Assembly: GCA_040954595.2 (NCBI GenBank)
Contig: CM082579.2
Coordinates: forward strand, 8,359,625-8,423,624
DNA: 64,000 nt
From: Balanoglossus misakiensis
Lineage: Eukaryota > Animalia > Hemichordata
Direction of reading: 5' to 3'
Within the stretch, counting starts at the first letter, position 1. Every line of letters begins with the position of its first letter. Under the pieces are notes generated by a model, which saw only the letters and a list, made by a program, of their open reading frames with translations, had not been told where the DNA came from and ran no database searches. Below, piece after piece: positions 37,996 to 51,611 of the stretch. Both the position numbers and the translations under genes were made by a program.

Positions 37996-40474
37996 GGCGA
38001 CAGTTTCCCCTCAGTCCTGAAAGAGACACGGAGGAGAGACGCGTTGGGCTTATTTAGGTCAACAGATGATTTAGAAATTACCGCTACGCGATGGTAACGC
38101 TAAAAGCGTTCGCATGAAAGGCAAAAAAAGTAACATTCCATTTTCTAATTCACTGGAAATCGTTTAATCAAATGACGCGTAAAATTATCTGGACTGCCAA
38201 TTTCATGTCATTATTGGTGCAACGTCAAAGATACGACGCACGTCATAACGGTCTCTCTGGAGAAGTGACTCCAGTCTAGGCTGCGGCCTACTCGCTCGGT
38301 GTGAGAACGAAAAAATAATTGTCTGCCTGGTGTGTTCGTGTTTTTGCTATGTTATGCCGCAAAAGTTGGAAGTCAGGTACTTTGTACTACTTCTTGTTAG
38401 TCAAAGTTTGTCACAATTGTCTTTGTCGTGTCTTTTTCGGCTGATGCAGATATGAAAAATTGAACCTTCATGGTTGAGTATACGATTCGTTTGAAGCAAT
38501 TAAAGTTTCACATTAAACTATATTGACATTTTCATTTTCTAGTCACTCCTGTGTTATTTCGTTTTGGACGTCGTGTCGCGTTCACACAATGGAATAGGTG
38601 TTTTAGTCGCCTCGAGATACGTTGATTTACGATTGGATCGATGTCGTTATTCTAGAAGTTGAAAAGAAGACGTTTCTACACGTCACCGCTGTAAATTGCG
38701 CAGTTGTGCAGGCATTGCCTTCGAAGCCCCGAAATCGTTTCGCAATGCAATTCTGTCTGCTGGAACGTATCTCGTTCAACCAAACTGGCAGCCATAACTA
38801 TCTAATAACAGATCGTGGAGTAAGAGTACGTGAACTATCGCTCAGGAATGGATAATGTTACTTGTCCAGTCATTCACTCCAGGCGAGCATTTGTGAAGGC
38901 GAGAAGCCTTACAGTGTAATGTTTTACGGAGCGCTTGTTTGAGTCCCACATGAAAACCCGACCGGGGCTTGATCGGAGGCATGAATAAGTATAGGGGTGC
39001 GGTACTGGCAACCGATCTACCGCATGTCAAAAGCAAGACAGTGAGAAAAGAGTAGAGTCGACAACTTCAACAGTGCGTATATGTCTTACCTTATAGCCGA
39101 ATTGACTCCTTAGCATCGTGATAGTGCGACCAAACTGACGGTTTCCACGTCCGCCGAGACAGAACAAACGCAGTCCCCTAATGCTTCTCCTGTGTTTTCA
39201 TTCAATTACCAGCGGACAGCGCAACCGGGCGCCCGATTGGTTCTTTTCAATTTTGAAGTAACCGAAAAAATACCCACAACGCACCAGCGCCCTATTGTTA
39301 CCAGCAAGGATTAGAGGCCATTCTTCGCGTTCAATAGGTGTCCATTTCGTTAAACAATAAGTGACAATGCGTTTGTTGATAAATACGGCAATCGCTTTCA
39401 CTGGTATAGGTCAGGCCAGCTAAATTAGCCTCCGTATATATTTACAGCAGGGACGTAAATAACATCCATGAGCACAATGTATTGTAATCTCAGACCCAAA
39501 TTGTCCACAGGAATGTGGTCTTCCATAATTCTGTTTTTAAACCAACAGGAACAGAACATCAAACTGAGAATGGATTGCTCATTTTCTAGGAAGTTTTCTT
39601 CATAGGTTTTAAGATGAAATAAACACAGAATATGCAGTAAAGATCAGCTAAGTGTTACAAAATGTGAAATTTTCAATTTCGCTAACCACATTTTATGCCT
39701 GTAGGGCAGGGGCACAGCTATGATAAGTGATAGTTTCAGTTCATATGTTCGGTGAAAAATGCCAATGGAATATGCTTTGGTCGCACATTTTTCTCGTTTG
39801 TAAGTTTGCCTTTCACAGACTCGAGAGTTCTTTAATAAGCTGTATATATATATTATAATTACACATGCATGTAACTTGCAATATGCTATTGCTTGTATAA
39901 AAAAAATTAAAATCCTCTGGCTAAGTACAAATGAGCAGAGATAACCAGTAGTTACCAGAAGTAACTGGTAAGATGCAGGTCAAAGGTCAGAGTGAAAACG
40001 GGAAGTGAAAGATTTCATCATCAGGGTTCAAAATCACGCTTCACAGCTCAGACACGGTAGTAAAATCTTGTGGTTTATGGCACTTTGAAATAAGATGATT
40101 TCGTATTTTTCATGAAATCCTCTGAACATCCACATAATATGGAAAGAAAGCACACCATGTAATTAATTATGCCAGATAAAGTACAAGAAAAAGAATAAGA
40201 TTATGGAAAAAATGATACCATTAAATATACCTGCAGGAGGGAGCATAATGGATGAACAGACGCAGGTGAATTGCATTTAATGTCAAACATCGTTGCTGTC
40301 AATGTCTGAGATTGCATCATGATTTCAGAATAGTTTATTGAAGTAATATATATAATAAAAGCGAGTGAAGAAAACAAACCATGGTGACTTGACGGTTCTT
40401 CTGACAGCCCAGATACATCTGCAGAGCAGGACACAATACATTCGCTGGCTTTTCTTTCATCCTTCTCTACCTGC

Positions 40475-43400
40475 TTACGCTTTGCCCTTCAGCTTGGCCA
40501 TCAGAGCGTCATTTTCTTTCTTCATCTGCTTGTAGTCCACCATGATCTTTTCCAGGTTGGCAGTGGCCTTCACGTGGCTTTCGTTCTCAATCTGCCGAGG
40601 GTAAGAGCGACCGTTCCAAAAAAGTCGGCATTTTGTGTGTGATATCAAAGAGATGCAACCGGAGGATGTCAGTGATCCTGAATGAACCCCAAATCAATGC
40701 ACTTTTTGCAGCCACCGCAAAATATGGCAGTTACACAGCAACACATGCGCAAGATGAGAACTTATGGAGGTGATGTCAATATTTGTATATAGAACTGTAC
40801 AATATAGTCATACAGCTTCACAGAGAATTGCCAAACTCCTCCAGTAAAAAAGAGCCAACAAGGGAACATATGGTGCCTGTGTTTACCAATTACTCACAAG
40901 CCAAATTTTTTGAAAACATGGAAGTTCCATATTTGTGAAAACCTCCCATCAGCCTAGGGAGTTCACTCACCTGATCCTCTAAGTCTCTGATTTCTCTCTT
41001 AATACTTCCCGTCTCCTCCACGGTCTTCACCAGGAGATTGCAATTCTGTAAACAGACAGATCAACATTGAATACTAGTAGTGCAATAGCCCTGACCACTG
41101 CAGAAAAAAACTTGTGCAAATGACTGATTGTTTTTACTCAATTGTTCGGGTCACGAAGCCAATAGTGCTCTGCACAATGTCACAGAAAGAGTCACTGGCA
41201 AAGAATGTCACCAACAGGATAGATGTACTATTACTAGCTTCATATCACATTACCTCATGCAATGCAGCCAGATACTTGTATGCTTTTCTGACAGCTTCAT
41301 CCTTTTTAGCATCCTAAAAGTCGAAAGAAAAGAGCAAAACTCTTTAGGTCACAAATATGTACACATAAACACCAATACATACCTACATAGCGGAACATCA
41401 GTGTATATATTCTCACACTTACATCATCTATGCACCTACCCTGAAAATCAACTCATCAGTAACTGTGAATGTCCTATCCAGTTTGCCACTGAGTTGGTTG
41501 ATCTCCTTCTGTAGTGATTTTGTGTCGATGAGAATCTGAAAGAAGCAAGTGTAACACAAAATTACAGAGTCTGATTAAATACACAAACTAAATGCATTAC
41601 AATCCTCTGCTTTTACAAGTTTCTTGATCTACATACATGGGGATGCTGTTCACCCAATAATTATATTCCTCTAACCCTTCAGGAATTAGGCACTTCAGTG
41701 TGTTACTTGCCTTGTCTATGTCATCCTTCTGTTTCCTGATATTGGCCACAATTTCTAGAATCCTGCGAGTGTATGCGGATCTGTTGACGTCTTTCGTCAT
41801 TCTCTCATACTCGGACATCTGAAGGAAAAAAATGTGTGAAAGAAAACAAGTTCATTGAACAGGCCCACAAACAGTGACAGACCACCATGCGATAATTGAT
41901 AGTGTAAGTGCAGACAGATATTATCTCAATACCCACCAACTGTTTGAGTAGCTCATCTTTCGATCTAGCTTCGTCAGCTACAGCTTTCATCTTTTCCCGG
42001 AATTCTTTGATTTCCTCCAGCTTTTTCTGGGATTCCGACTGGGAACAGAATGCAAAACGGAAAATCGGCAATCAATGCACCATATTTGGGAGGATAATTG
42101 TGTATACCGGTACTACTATTATTTGAGGGTCTATCATATGTTTAGTAGACCATCATTCCATAAAAATATTCACTGAAGATGTGCTTAATTCTTCATGTGC
42201 ATATCATATCATATGCAGTACTAACTGTCCAATGTAGGGATTTTTTCTGTCTTAAAAAAAATAAGAAACATACAAAATACAGTCCTACCATTTTCCCTTC
42301 GTTCGCCTCTCGGAGTTCCCTGTACTGGTCTATCAGTGGTGCTCGATGTTTCTCCCACTGGTTGGCAAGATTGACCAATCTCTGCGCACTCGCATCGACA
42401 ACTGCCTGCAAAATCAACGATTCTATTTCAAAACTTGTGAAATGAACATTGTATACGTAAAAACATACAAGGGCTTGGTCACGATTTACTGCAAAATAAT
42501 TTTGTCTTCAATCGTGACAGCATATGAAAGTTCACACTGAAAAACCTCATACCTGTAATTTTGCGATGTTGTTCTCTGCGTCGGGTAACAGATCCAGCGT
42601 CCGTTTCTTCACTCTGTACGCGTCCTCTTTCTCAGATTTCGACTTCGACTCTGTTGATATCTGTTCTTCCATCTGTCAGCAGAGATGTGTGTATTGTTAA
42701 ATCAAAGACAAAAACGCCCTTCACTGCAATTTTCACTGTGACTGTGAAACAGGTTATTCAAAGAGATCGTTTGGTAAAATCCCCCCAGAATCACAAATAG
42801 TAAAACTAGATATAGCGCCCTCAACATTAGCTTGTACCCTTGATTTCTCTCATTTCTAAAGCACACCAAGCCAACCTCGCCCGGAAGAAAAGTTCAACAT
42901 GATGTCACACGTCACATGCTGGATCAGGCTGCAAAGAGTTTACCTTTGCTGGATATCTCTCTTTTTTTCGTGAAAAAATAGCCGCAAGAGTTGGCGGTAA
43001 CATGTGGTCGAATAATAATATGCAGTCTAGAGAAATGTAAACACACACACCTGTTGAGAGGCAGCGTTGAATTTCTTCATGTTGATCTCCATGGCTTCAA
43101 TCTGAGATGCCAGTTCACTCAGCTGTTCTTTCAGACCTTGCACCTCACCTTCTCTCTTCAACTGAAGTTCCTGGAATATCAAGCACAATTTTAATCACAC
43201 AACCCTTCCATCACACGCGCCTGTCACATACAGATGTGCGAGACTTTATAATCCGAAAACGGTATCACAAGTATCTATCACCTCGAGTTGCATGCATATC
43301 TACGCGCAGAATTTACTCGCACAAGTCCTGTCTAGACTGGACAATAACTCACGACCGGCTGTTCTAACACAGGAGCATCACAGCTGATGCAGTACAAACA

Positions 43401-46400
43401 TTATCAAAGGACAGGGAGAGAGAGACTTTGTCCCTTTAACATCCCTGTTGGAAAATAAACTCTGTTCTCACCTCTTCCGTATCAACTTTGGCCGCCCCTT
43501 CTCCGATTCCCATCTGGGCGGCGGTTTTCTCGTCATCCTGTTGAAAGCATACACACCGAATGTCAAACTCGGAGACTTTCAAAATTGCAATTCCATGTCG
43601 TACACATATAGCGCTGTCAAAAGACTGACAACTGGAGAAAAGTGTGACACAACTGTTTTTAACCCTCTCACCCCCAATTTCCAGAGGTCCGGCTTGGCCA
43701 CACAAAACGATGGATTTGGACCACTGGAAAAGCTGAGTGCATCTGACTATGAATGCATTTTAAAGTTCATTCCTTGGTTTATTTCAAATACATGTCACAA
43801 ATAGAGGCATTTTTGTGACATTGATTTATGCAAATCTGGTCCATTCCATAGGTTAGATTTCTGCCCTTAACCCTACAATGTCACCTCCTCTACCTGCGTA
43901 AACTGCAGTTTTTCAGCGTGCGTGAACCTGGAGCCTTTGGTTCTGCTGCTGCCCTTTTCACTGAAGGCGTTCAAGAGATCCGCCAAATCGGCCGACGACG
44001 ATGCTGCGTTTGCCGCCTCGCTCTTCTGAATCCCTTGCCGCAACTGATCCGTGATTTTCTTCTGTAGTCGCTGTCTCTTCCTGGCCCTGTAGTCCTGGAA
44101 AATAGTCCACAAAGCACTAGTATACGTAAAATGAAAACTTCATGTCCCTGTTCACAGGATCACATGATTGAGAACTCCCTCCTACCATTGTCATTTTCGT
44201 TAAATTGTAAACATCTCAGTAGAACGAAATCTGAAGGTCAACGGTCCTGTCAAATTGCATTGTCACCATGCTTAAGTTAAATCTGAGACTGTCCACTGAG
44301 CTCTCTATATGATGTTTATGTCCACACAAAAAAGCAAAAATACTGAATTGATATTTTTTGTTGGTTGTTAGAAAACATGACATTGGATTTCACAAACTGG
44401 TATGGTGCCCCCTATCTGGAGGATCTCAAAATTCAATTGCCAATTTTTACTGATCATAGTCATAACAGTTTTTTTGTGTGCATCATGAATTCCTTCCGCG
44501 TGCCAATACCTGTTCCGAGAGTCTGGATGCCAGACCCGATGTATTCCACTCGTTTTCCCATTCCTGAGCGGCGGAGAGAGTTGCCGCATTGTACTCCAGG
44601 AGGGACGCCGGTAGGTCGTCGGAGTGCGGCGGTTGGTCACTGACGATGCAGAGGTCCTTGGAATAGTACTGCTTAATATCTGCAAGAAGTGAAACGGGAG
44701 ATATAAGAATGATGTTTGCATAATGCAAGTCCCTGAACGTATGGTACATGTACCATATATTCACTCTGCATTAAATGGGTGTATCTACATTAAGGGTGTG
44801 TGTGCATTATAAAATTAACGTTAATGTTATTGGAAAAAACTCCTGAAAACACTCTGAAAACACTGTCACACATGAAGAAGTGTATGATCATTGCAATCTA
44901 CACCAGCTCATGGTTGAAACCCATATATTTTACAGAATGTTCGGAAATATTGTATGTTCTTACCTTTGGGTATTTTCTTGGTGAGGTCACCAACTCCCTG
45001 AGGTATCGACAGAGAACAGCTGTGGTAGCCCCTCATCCCAACCACACCCTTCAAGAAAACAAATTTGTCAAGTTATTTTTTTTTAAAACTGAAACCAAAG
45101 ATTTTTGACATTCCTTCCCACCTGACAGAAAGACATATATTGAAGCTTCCAGGGCAAGCTACCCAAAAAAAGCATACCACACAGCACAATTTCAAAGATC
45201 GGTGTCTGTAGAATAACAACCTCAAAATGTGAAACTATCCTGAACAAGTTTACGGCACAGTCTGCTAAAGAAAAAGAAAACACCTCAAATTTCAAATCAC
45301 TTTTCAGCATCAAATACGGCTGTACAGATGTCATTTTTATTGCGTGCCGTACCTCTCGATGCCACTGTTTGGTTTGACCTCCCTTCCAGCATACCCCTTT
45401 GCTCTTGCAGTACCACGGCGTCCAGGTGCTTTTCATCTGCCTGGAAATTTCCGAGGCGATCCCCCTCTGCAGCAGGGCCGACGTTGCTGCGTTTGTGATC
45501 AGAGACATTGGACAGTTGTTAAACATCAGGCGGAAGGTTAACATGACCCTGTCTAATAATTACATTTCCTAGTCCCTGTTTCTGGGTACAGTTGCTTATT
45601 ATTACTTCCATGCACATACGAGACTGGCATGCATCCCAGTGACACAGCATTGATATACTACAGTAAAACTGGAATTTTTTGGCGAATGAAAATTGTTCGT
45701 GAACTTCGTGAGAGCCAAATAAATGCAATAATAAATAGTCGCGAAAGAACAACGTGTACAATAGAATGGTATTCGGAGATAAAGAGAACACAAAAATTAA
45801 TCGTTGTGGAATGGTCGTCTCTGTTGATATCGCAAAAAAAATTCCGTTTTACAGTCTATGGTTTGCTAATCACATATACCCAAAACAGGATGGCAGCATT
45901 AGAACTCAGAAGATTAGAATTTGCACACAGCTTGTGTTGAATCTACATATACATATGTTGTACGCCAACTGCCATAAGATATAGAGTGGCACCTTATGGT
46001 TGATGCCCAAACACAGTGTATTTTGTTCATCGCATGCACGCTAATATACTGCACATGTCAGGCTCCGAGTCTCAATATGGCTAAATTCTTTCAGGAGTGT
46101 GCATGATGTATCATTGTTTATTCTATTTCAGCAAAAACACACAAACAGAATATCACATGAAATTTCATACACATGAACACCACTCTTTACAATCAATGCT
46201 ATAGTATTCCACCGTAATGCGCCAATCCCCCGCAGATCTGGAATCTCCGTATTGTAAACCCCACAGGTTACATCCACACAGAATCTGCATCAACTTGGGG
46301 TGTTCAGTACCCAATGTCTGAATGTATACATACCTAGGGGTTCATCAGCACTTTCAGCGCTATCCCTGGGTAACTTTTCAATTAGGAACAGCAGAAGCTT

Positions 46401-47397
46401 TCGGATTTCATTTTCACTGGAGTACAGAAACGTTTGGTATCCAATTTCCCCTGAGTAACCGATTTCCTGGTGGTGGAACGAAAGTATTAAGACCAGCGTT
46501 TTTTTTTTGAGAGATTCGCATGTTGGCAATACTACAGTCCCCCTTGTCAAAGTGGAATCCCCCAAAATATTCTTGCAAAGGGGGACATGAAACACTGGAC
46601 TTACCGTACACGCATTTGCTAATGCTGTGCCCACACGGAACTTGGCCGACATGCCCGGAGGAAGGGTGGGCGACAGATCCTTTCTCTCTGTTATCACACG
46701 CAGACATTTCACCGTAGCCTCTACGATCAGCTCTGTTGAAAATGTCTTCAGGTTGGTGACTTCCTCTGGCAGGTCGCTATTATTGCAGGAGAGTGTTCAA
46801 AATGACCATAATTTGCATAGAAAATATTACTATTAAAAAGCAAGCCTACATGACCTACAGGCGCCCAAGCCAACACGTCAATTCCCTTTCAATGTTAAGT
46901 TCTGATTAAACTACAGAAAATAAGTGTCTACAGGATCTCCATGCGATGTTACCACTCCCTGTAGCTGCTTCCGCATTTTAACAAATATGGGGGGAGGGGC
47001 ATGTAGACACGTTATTATGTGTGCGTTTAACAAATACATGTAAAATGTACCACACGACAGGCCGCAAAATCGATGCGAAATGTTAATTGTAGGCTCCCTG
47101 GGCACACTGATCACTGTAAATAAAACTAAATCGTCGGTACGAACGCGAACATGACTTAACTGGCCTGGGTACACCCATTCCATGTCAGCTGTTGACCGAC
47201 CGCGATTGACACTCGACAACATTCATGGATGTTTCTCGAGCCTGTGGTATCGTTAGCTTAAGAAACTCGGTGTACCAGGCCTCACGGGGCCCCGTCCAAG
47301 TCTCGTGCCTTAAAGAGTAACCAGAAATCCTGAAAGACATTACTTACCAGCCAATTTGCCGCAACGTGTGTACGATAATATTGTCCACCTCCTCCAT
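40475..47397 (-). CDS. CCDC22: Coiled-coil domain-containing protein 22 (CCC/Commander complex), multi-exon
   Basis: Starts MEEVDNIIVHTLRQIG (exon 47348-47397). Spliced segments include LPPGMSAKFRVGTALANAC, IGYQTFLYSSENEIRKLLLFLIEKLP, QEWENEWN, KGSRFTHAEKLQF, SAQRLVNLANQWEKHRAPLI and RSAYTRRILEIVANIRKQKDDIDK. Ends KLKGKA-TAA at 40475. Confidence 0.95.
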
Positions 47398-47955
47398 CTT
47401 GGTTTTGTCACGTGACTTGGGTTTGTTTGTTTGTTCCAATCCTTAGTTTTCTTTCCACTAGTGATTTCGCACCGTGAAAGAAAATGGGCGTAGAACGCAG
47501 TTGAAGAGATAAAAACATTACACCCGTGCAATATTCGTCAGTAAAACTGGCTTTACCCCCATGCTAGTACTGCAGCTCGAGGCTTTACCCACAGTCGCAC
47601 GGGGGTTGTGCGTTTACATGGCGATTGTGCGTTTTTATTTCATAAGAAAGTTTCTCCATTCTTCAATTCAGCTCTTATAACGCAGTTGGATACTACTAGA
47701 CTACAGACACTTATGATGTGTTTTGCAAAGGAAGCTGTCACACAATGTTTGCTTCTAGTGTACGGTAGTTTTTATTCAGTACACCTCATATAATACCCAT
47801 TAAATACCAGAAATTCAACCATAAACTTGTAACTCAATCGATTTCCCAAAACTAAATTTTCCAATGGTAGCAATATCACCAGTCAATCCCAGCAGATTAT
47901 CACCCAAATAAGACTTTTGACATCATTCGCCACGTAGCCTTATCGCGTACTTGTA

Positions 47956-49895
47956 TTAGTAGGCAAAGTTGTCCCGGCAGAGGAATACATCGGTGTCGCG
48001 GTCTCTGGTGGCAAAGCAGTACTGTACCATGACGTCAGCATCCACAAAGGCTGGAGCAGGCGGTTTGAAACGGATTCCGGTCGAAAGTTGGCTAGGGCAT
48101 TCCTGCAATTATGGCATATTATTGCAATGAGAAATATTATACGGTAAAATATGTGATACATCGAATTTTGTAAACAGGGCATTGGCGTGGAAACGATAAC
48201 TAGCGCGGGCGAGGTATGGACCCCTGATCACACGTCACCTGTGCGTGTGTGTTCTGGTTCATAGTTACCACAGCCGCGAGTGGCGGAGTGGGCTCCAAGT
48301 CAGATAGCGGTATGCGCATATTTCAATACACGCTCGACTGTGGTATTGGAATGAATTGAATAAGACATCCAGGCAAGCGGCTGAACGAAGCCAACTTCAA
48401 GTAGGTGAATTGGCGATAAGTTACATGGCTGCAGCCTGGGAGCGAGAGGGAGATAGAGAAAGTTACGACTTACGTCACCCAAGTCGTTACATTTGACCAC
48501 GGCCCATCCGGTTGCGTAATGAATGTCAGTTTCACACCACACACAGTCGGCCCTCGCCAAACCAGTCGAATTACCCTGTAATCAGTTGGAAAAGTAACAT
48601 GAAATGATCTTAACGTCTGATATTATTGATGCCAGTGTGAGCATACTGATCGTTCGTACACACAGTAAGGTGCGTACTGATTCATAGTAGACATACCACT
48701 TCAGCTCCACTAGACATAGATGGACTGTATTTACATTATATGTTCTATATGTGTTTCTCTTGGACTCAAAAGCTCAAAGTGACATTGAGTTGAGGACAGA
48801 ACATTCAATTTTTTTGGCTGGAATAACGCTAATGTCTTTTTCATCACCTAACCCATACAGATATAGTATTATTAACTCCCCTTGCTGTTTTTCATTTTGG
48901 TTGTTAAGTAACATATGGCAAATTAGAGCGAAAATCCCGGTTGTATATTATTTTTCCGCGGACAGCTTGCCAGGGGCCTTATTTAGCGACAAGAGTGCAC
49001 GTCTCTTTGTGGTGACCAGCGTCAGTATATTCAGAAAGTGTAGTTTTCGTTCTAAAATGTCACAAAAATTTTAATTGTATAATTGAAAGCTACTGAACTG
49101 GCTAAAAGCGATCGCTTTCACATTGAATACCATTTAAATATCGCCTGTCGATAAAAACGCGGCCCGTTAGTACATTTGGACTTTTTTCGAAAACAAGAAG
49201 ATATTTTAGAGACAGTATGTGCATTGGGACATATTTTTCTGAGATAAAAGGCAACCCACCAAGCGTTGCTATGGGAAGGATTTTTAAAAAATGGTGCAGA
49301 AATCGTCACGCGGTGTTTACCACCGTCTTGTTTCCATAATATTCAATTGAATGAGTTTATTAATGAAAACAAGACCATGAACGCCATTGTAACTTTTTCC
49401 TTGCTTTCTATGAGAATAAGCATCCACGTGTCTAATATACCTCAATACATGAAATAACATTTGAACAAAATATGTGTCTGTCTCCAAGGGAGGCGAATAC
49501 TTAACAGTGAAAGGGGGAGGGGGTAAACAACTGGCAGACGGCGTGCCGCCGTGAGGTAAGAAACGATTATTTACCAAATCGATGTCGGGATTTTTGTCGA
49601 ACGTCTCGCCGAGTATGCTGAATATCAGGAAGGACTTGGTGTCCTCAATGAACGCCGAGGTCGTCAGGTAGCCCGATACACTCTGATCCGGAACGAGCTC
49701 TTCGGCCTCGCGCAGCTGTTTCATGTTCATCCCCGTGGGGCAGGGCACATCGTGGGTGCAAGACATGTTGTCGATCCCGTCCGGAGCGATTCTCTTCACT
49801 GAGCACATCAGGCACGAGTTGGGCTTGCCTCTCAGCACGCCTTGCGCCGCCGCGCTGAAGAGCAAGACCAAGCAAACAGTCAGAGAGGTTCGCAT
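47956..49895 (-). CDS. Unknown secreted cysteine-rich protein, tandem copy A (~189 aa)
   Basis: Exons 49895-49575, 48575-48474 and 48102-47956, all phase 0. Signal peptide MRTSLTVCLVLLFSAAAQG; 10 Cys in the mature part; exon structure shared with copy B. Confidence 0.88.
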
Positions 49896-49964
49896 CTTTA
49901 CTCGAAGGTGTTGTGTTCGGGGAAATTGTGGTTAACGAAATGCAAGTATGCGCATGCGATCCTC

Positions 49965-49972
49965 TTTTTATA
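49965..49972 (-). promoter_or_regulatory. TATA box of copy A
   Basis: TATAAAAA ~70 nt upstream of the ATG, conserved in copy B. Confidence 0.7.
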
Positions 49973-50074
49973 GTCAAATTGCAAAACCAGGGGTATACAC
50001 TTCTATCAAGGGACTGGACTGACTGATAGTATATTTGCGCACAGTTCTAGACCCCGGAGCGGGTTCTTGACGAT

Positions 50075-50310
50075 TCAATCAATCGGTCAATCAATTAATA
50101 ATCAATCAATCAATCAATCAATCAATTATTCACTCACTCACTCTCTCACCCACCCACCCACCCAACCACCCACTCATTCATTCATTCATTCATTCATTCA
50201 TTCATTCATTCATTCATTCATTCATTCATTCATTCATTCATTCATTCATTCATTCATTCATTCATTCATTCATTCATTCATTCATTCATTCATTCATTCA
50301 TTCATTCATT
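50075..50310. repeat. (AATC)n/(CACC)n/(ATTC)n microsatellite upstream of copy A
   Basis: Directly visible. Only a short (AATC) seed is present at the matching position of copy B (~55246-55267). Confidence 0.95.
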
Positions 50311-51611
50311 CTGATTTGGAGTGTGTCAATATTAATAACACTTAACCATTGTTTTGCGTAAATGAGATAATATGCAACTCGAAAACCAAAGTTCAAATCT
50401 TAGCTCTTTGTCATGTTTTGCTCGGGACAACTTTTCATTTTCTCTCGTATACAATTTAGAATAAAAGTTAGTAGGGTTCTTTCCTGACTTCCCCAAACTT
50501 CGTGTTATGGTACTAGCAGGTTTTGGTCAATCAATACACCAGGTCACCCAAACCCATATTTCAAAAGGCCTTGTGACACCAAATGATTTTTTAACACATT
50601 ATTGAGCGGATGAGTGGAGCTGTCAATCAAATCTGAAACAGGCTGAGCGTATTTGATAGAGGTTGCTTCGGACTACATTTGCCGTGACATGAATACATAA
50701 AACGTGGCGACCAACGCCACCCCCTCCCACCCCATCCCCCAGGCCTGCACTCCCTTGTTTATTCACCGCAAACAAAACTCTGCACCGGCGTCGAGATGGA
50801 AATATTTGCGTCAGAAACTCGGCCAAAAAAGTACTGAATTATAGCCTTATAAATATGACGTTGGCCACACCGTGGACACACTCAACTGCAGTGATTGTCG
50901 GCGCTCTCGTGGGTCTTCTGTAGCACGCCGTTCACCACGCTGCCTCAGTCTACAACTCATTCAGCTTTACAAGCTTTCTTTGGGAATTTTGCTCATGGAC
51001 CACTACGCGGATAAAGTCTGCGCAATGCTTGATGGTATAATTTGCGTTCAGCATATAGCCTCTAGTACATGGCTACCGCAAACTGTCCCACAACCCCTTG
51101 CGTTATTCTATCCGCGAAGCGGTCTATGGACAAAATTGCGTCACAAAAATGACTTTCATATTGCAGCAACAGACACGAGCAACACACTGTCGCATATATT
51201 TCCCATCAAACCTTTTCTGCATACATGTATTTTGTTGAACACAAGTTTAAGTGCAGGACAATTTATCCCCATTTTACAGCTCTTAACGCAGATCACAGTT
51301 GGCCACTGTTTGAATTTAAAATGTCTGTGTGTTTTTTGCGTAGAAAACTGTGCCACACAATGTTTGTTCAGCTCTACAATTGTGTACGGAGGTCTTTATT
51401 CAATAACATAAGTATATATACTATATATATGTAGTAAGATACACCCAATACCTGAAATTCAACCATGAAACTTGTAACACTATCGCTTTTTTTCAAACGG
51501 TAGCATGAACTAAGACGAAATTACGGCATTCTTAATATCACCAGGCGAGATTTCAGCAGAGTATCACGCCAATCACACGGCCTTCGCATATGAACTGCCT
51601 GGCTTGTGTTA

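Noticed and set aside
49317-49574. C-terminal parts of the unspliced 192-aa ORF here and of the 190-aa ORF at 54556-55128
   Set aside because: Read-through into intron 1; both copies have a GTAAAT donor and conserved downstream exons.
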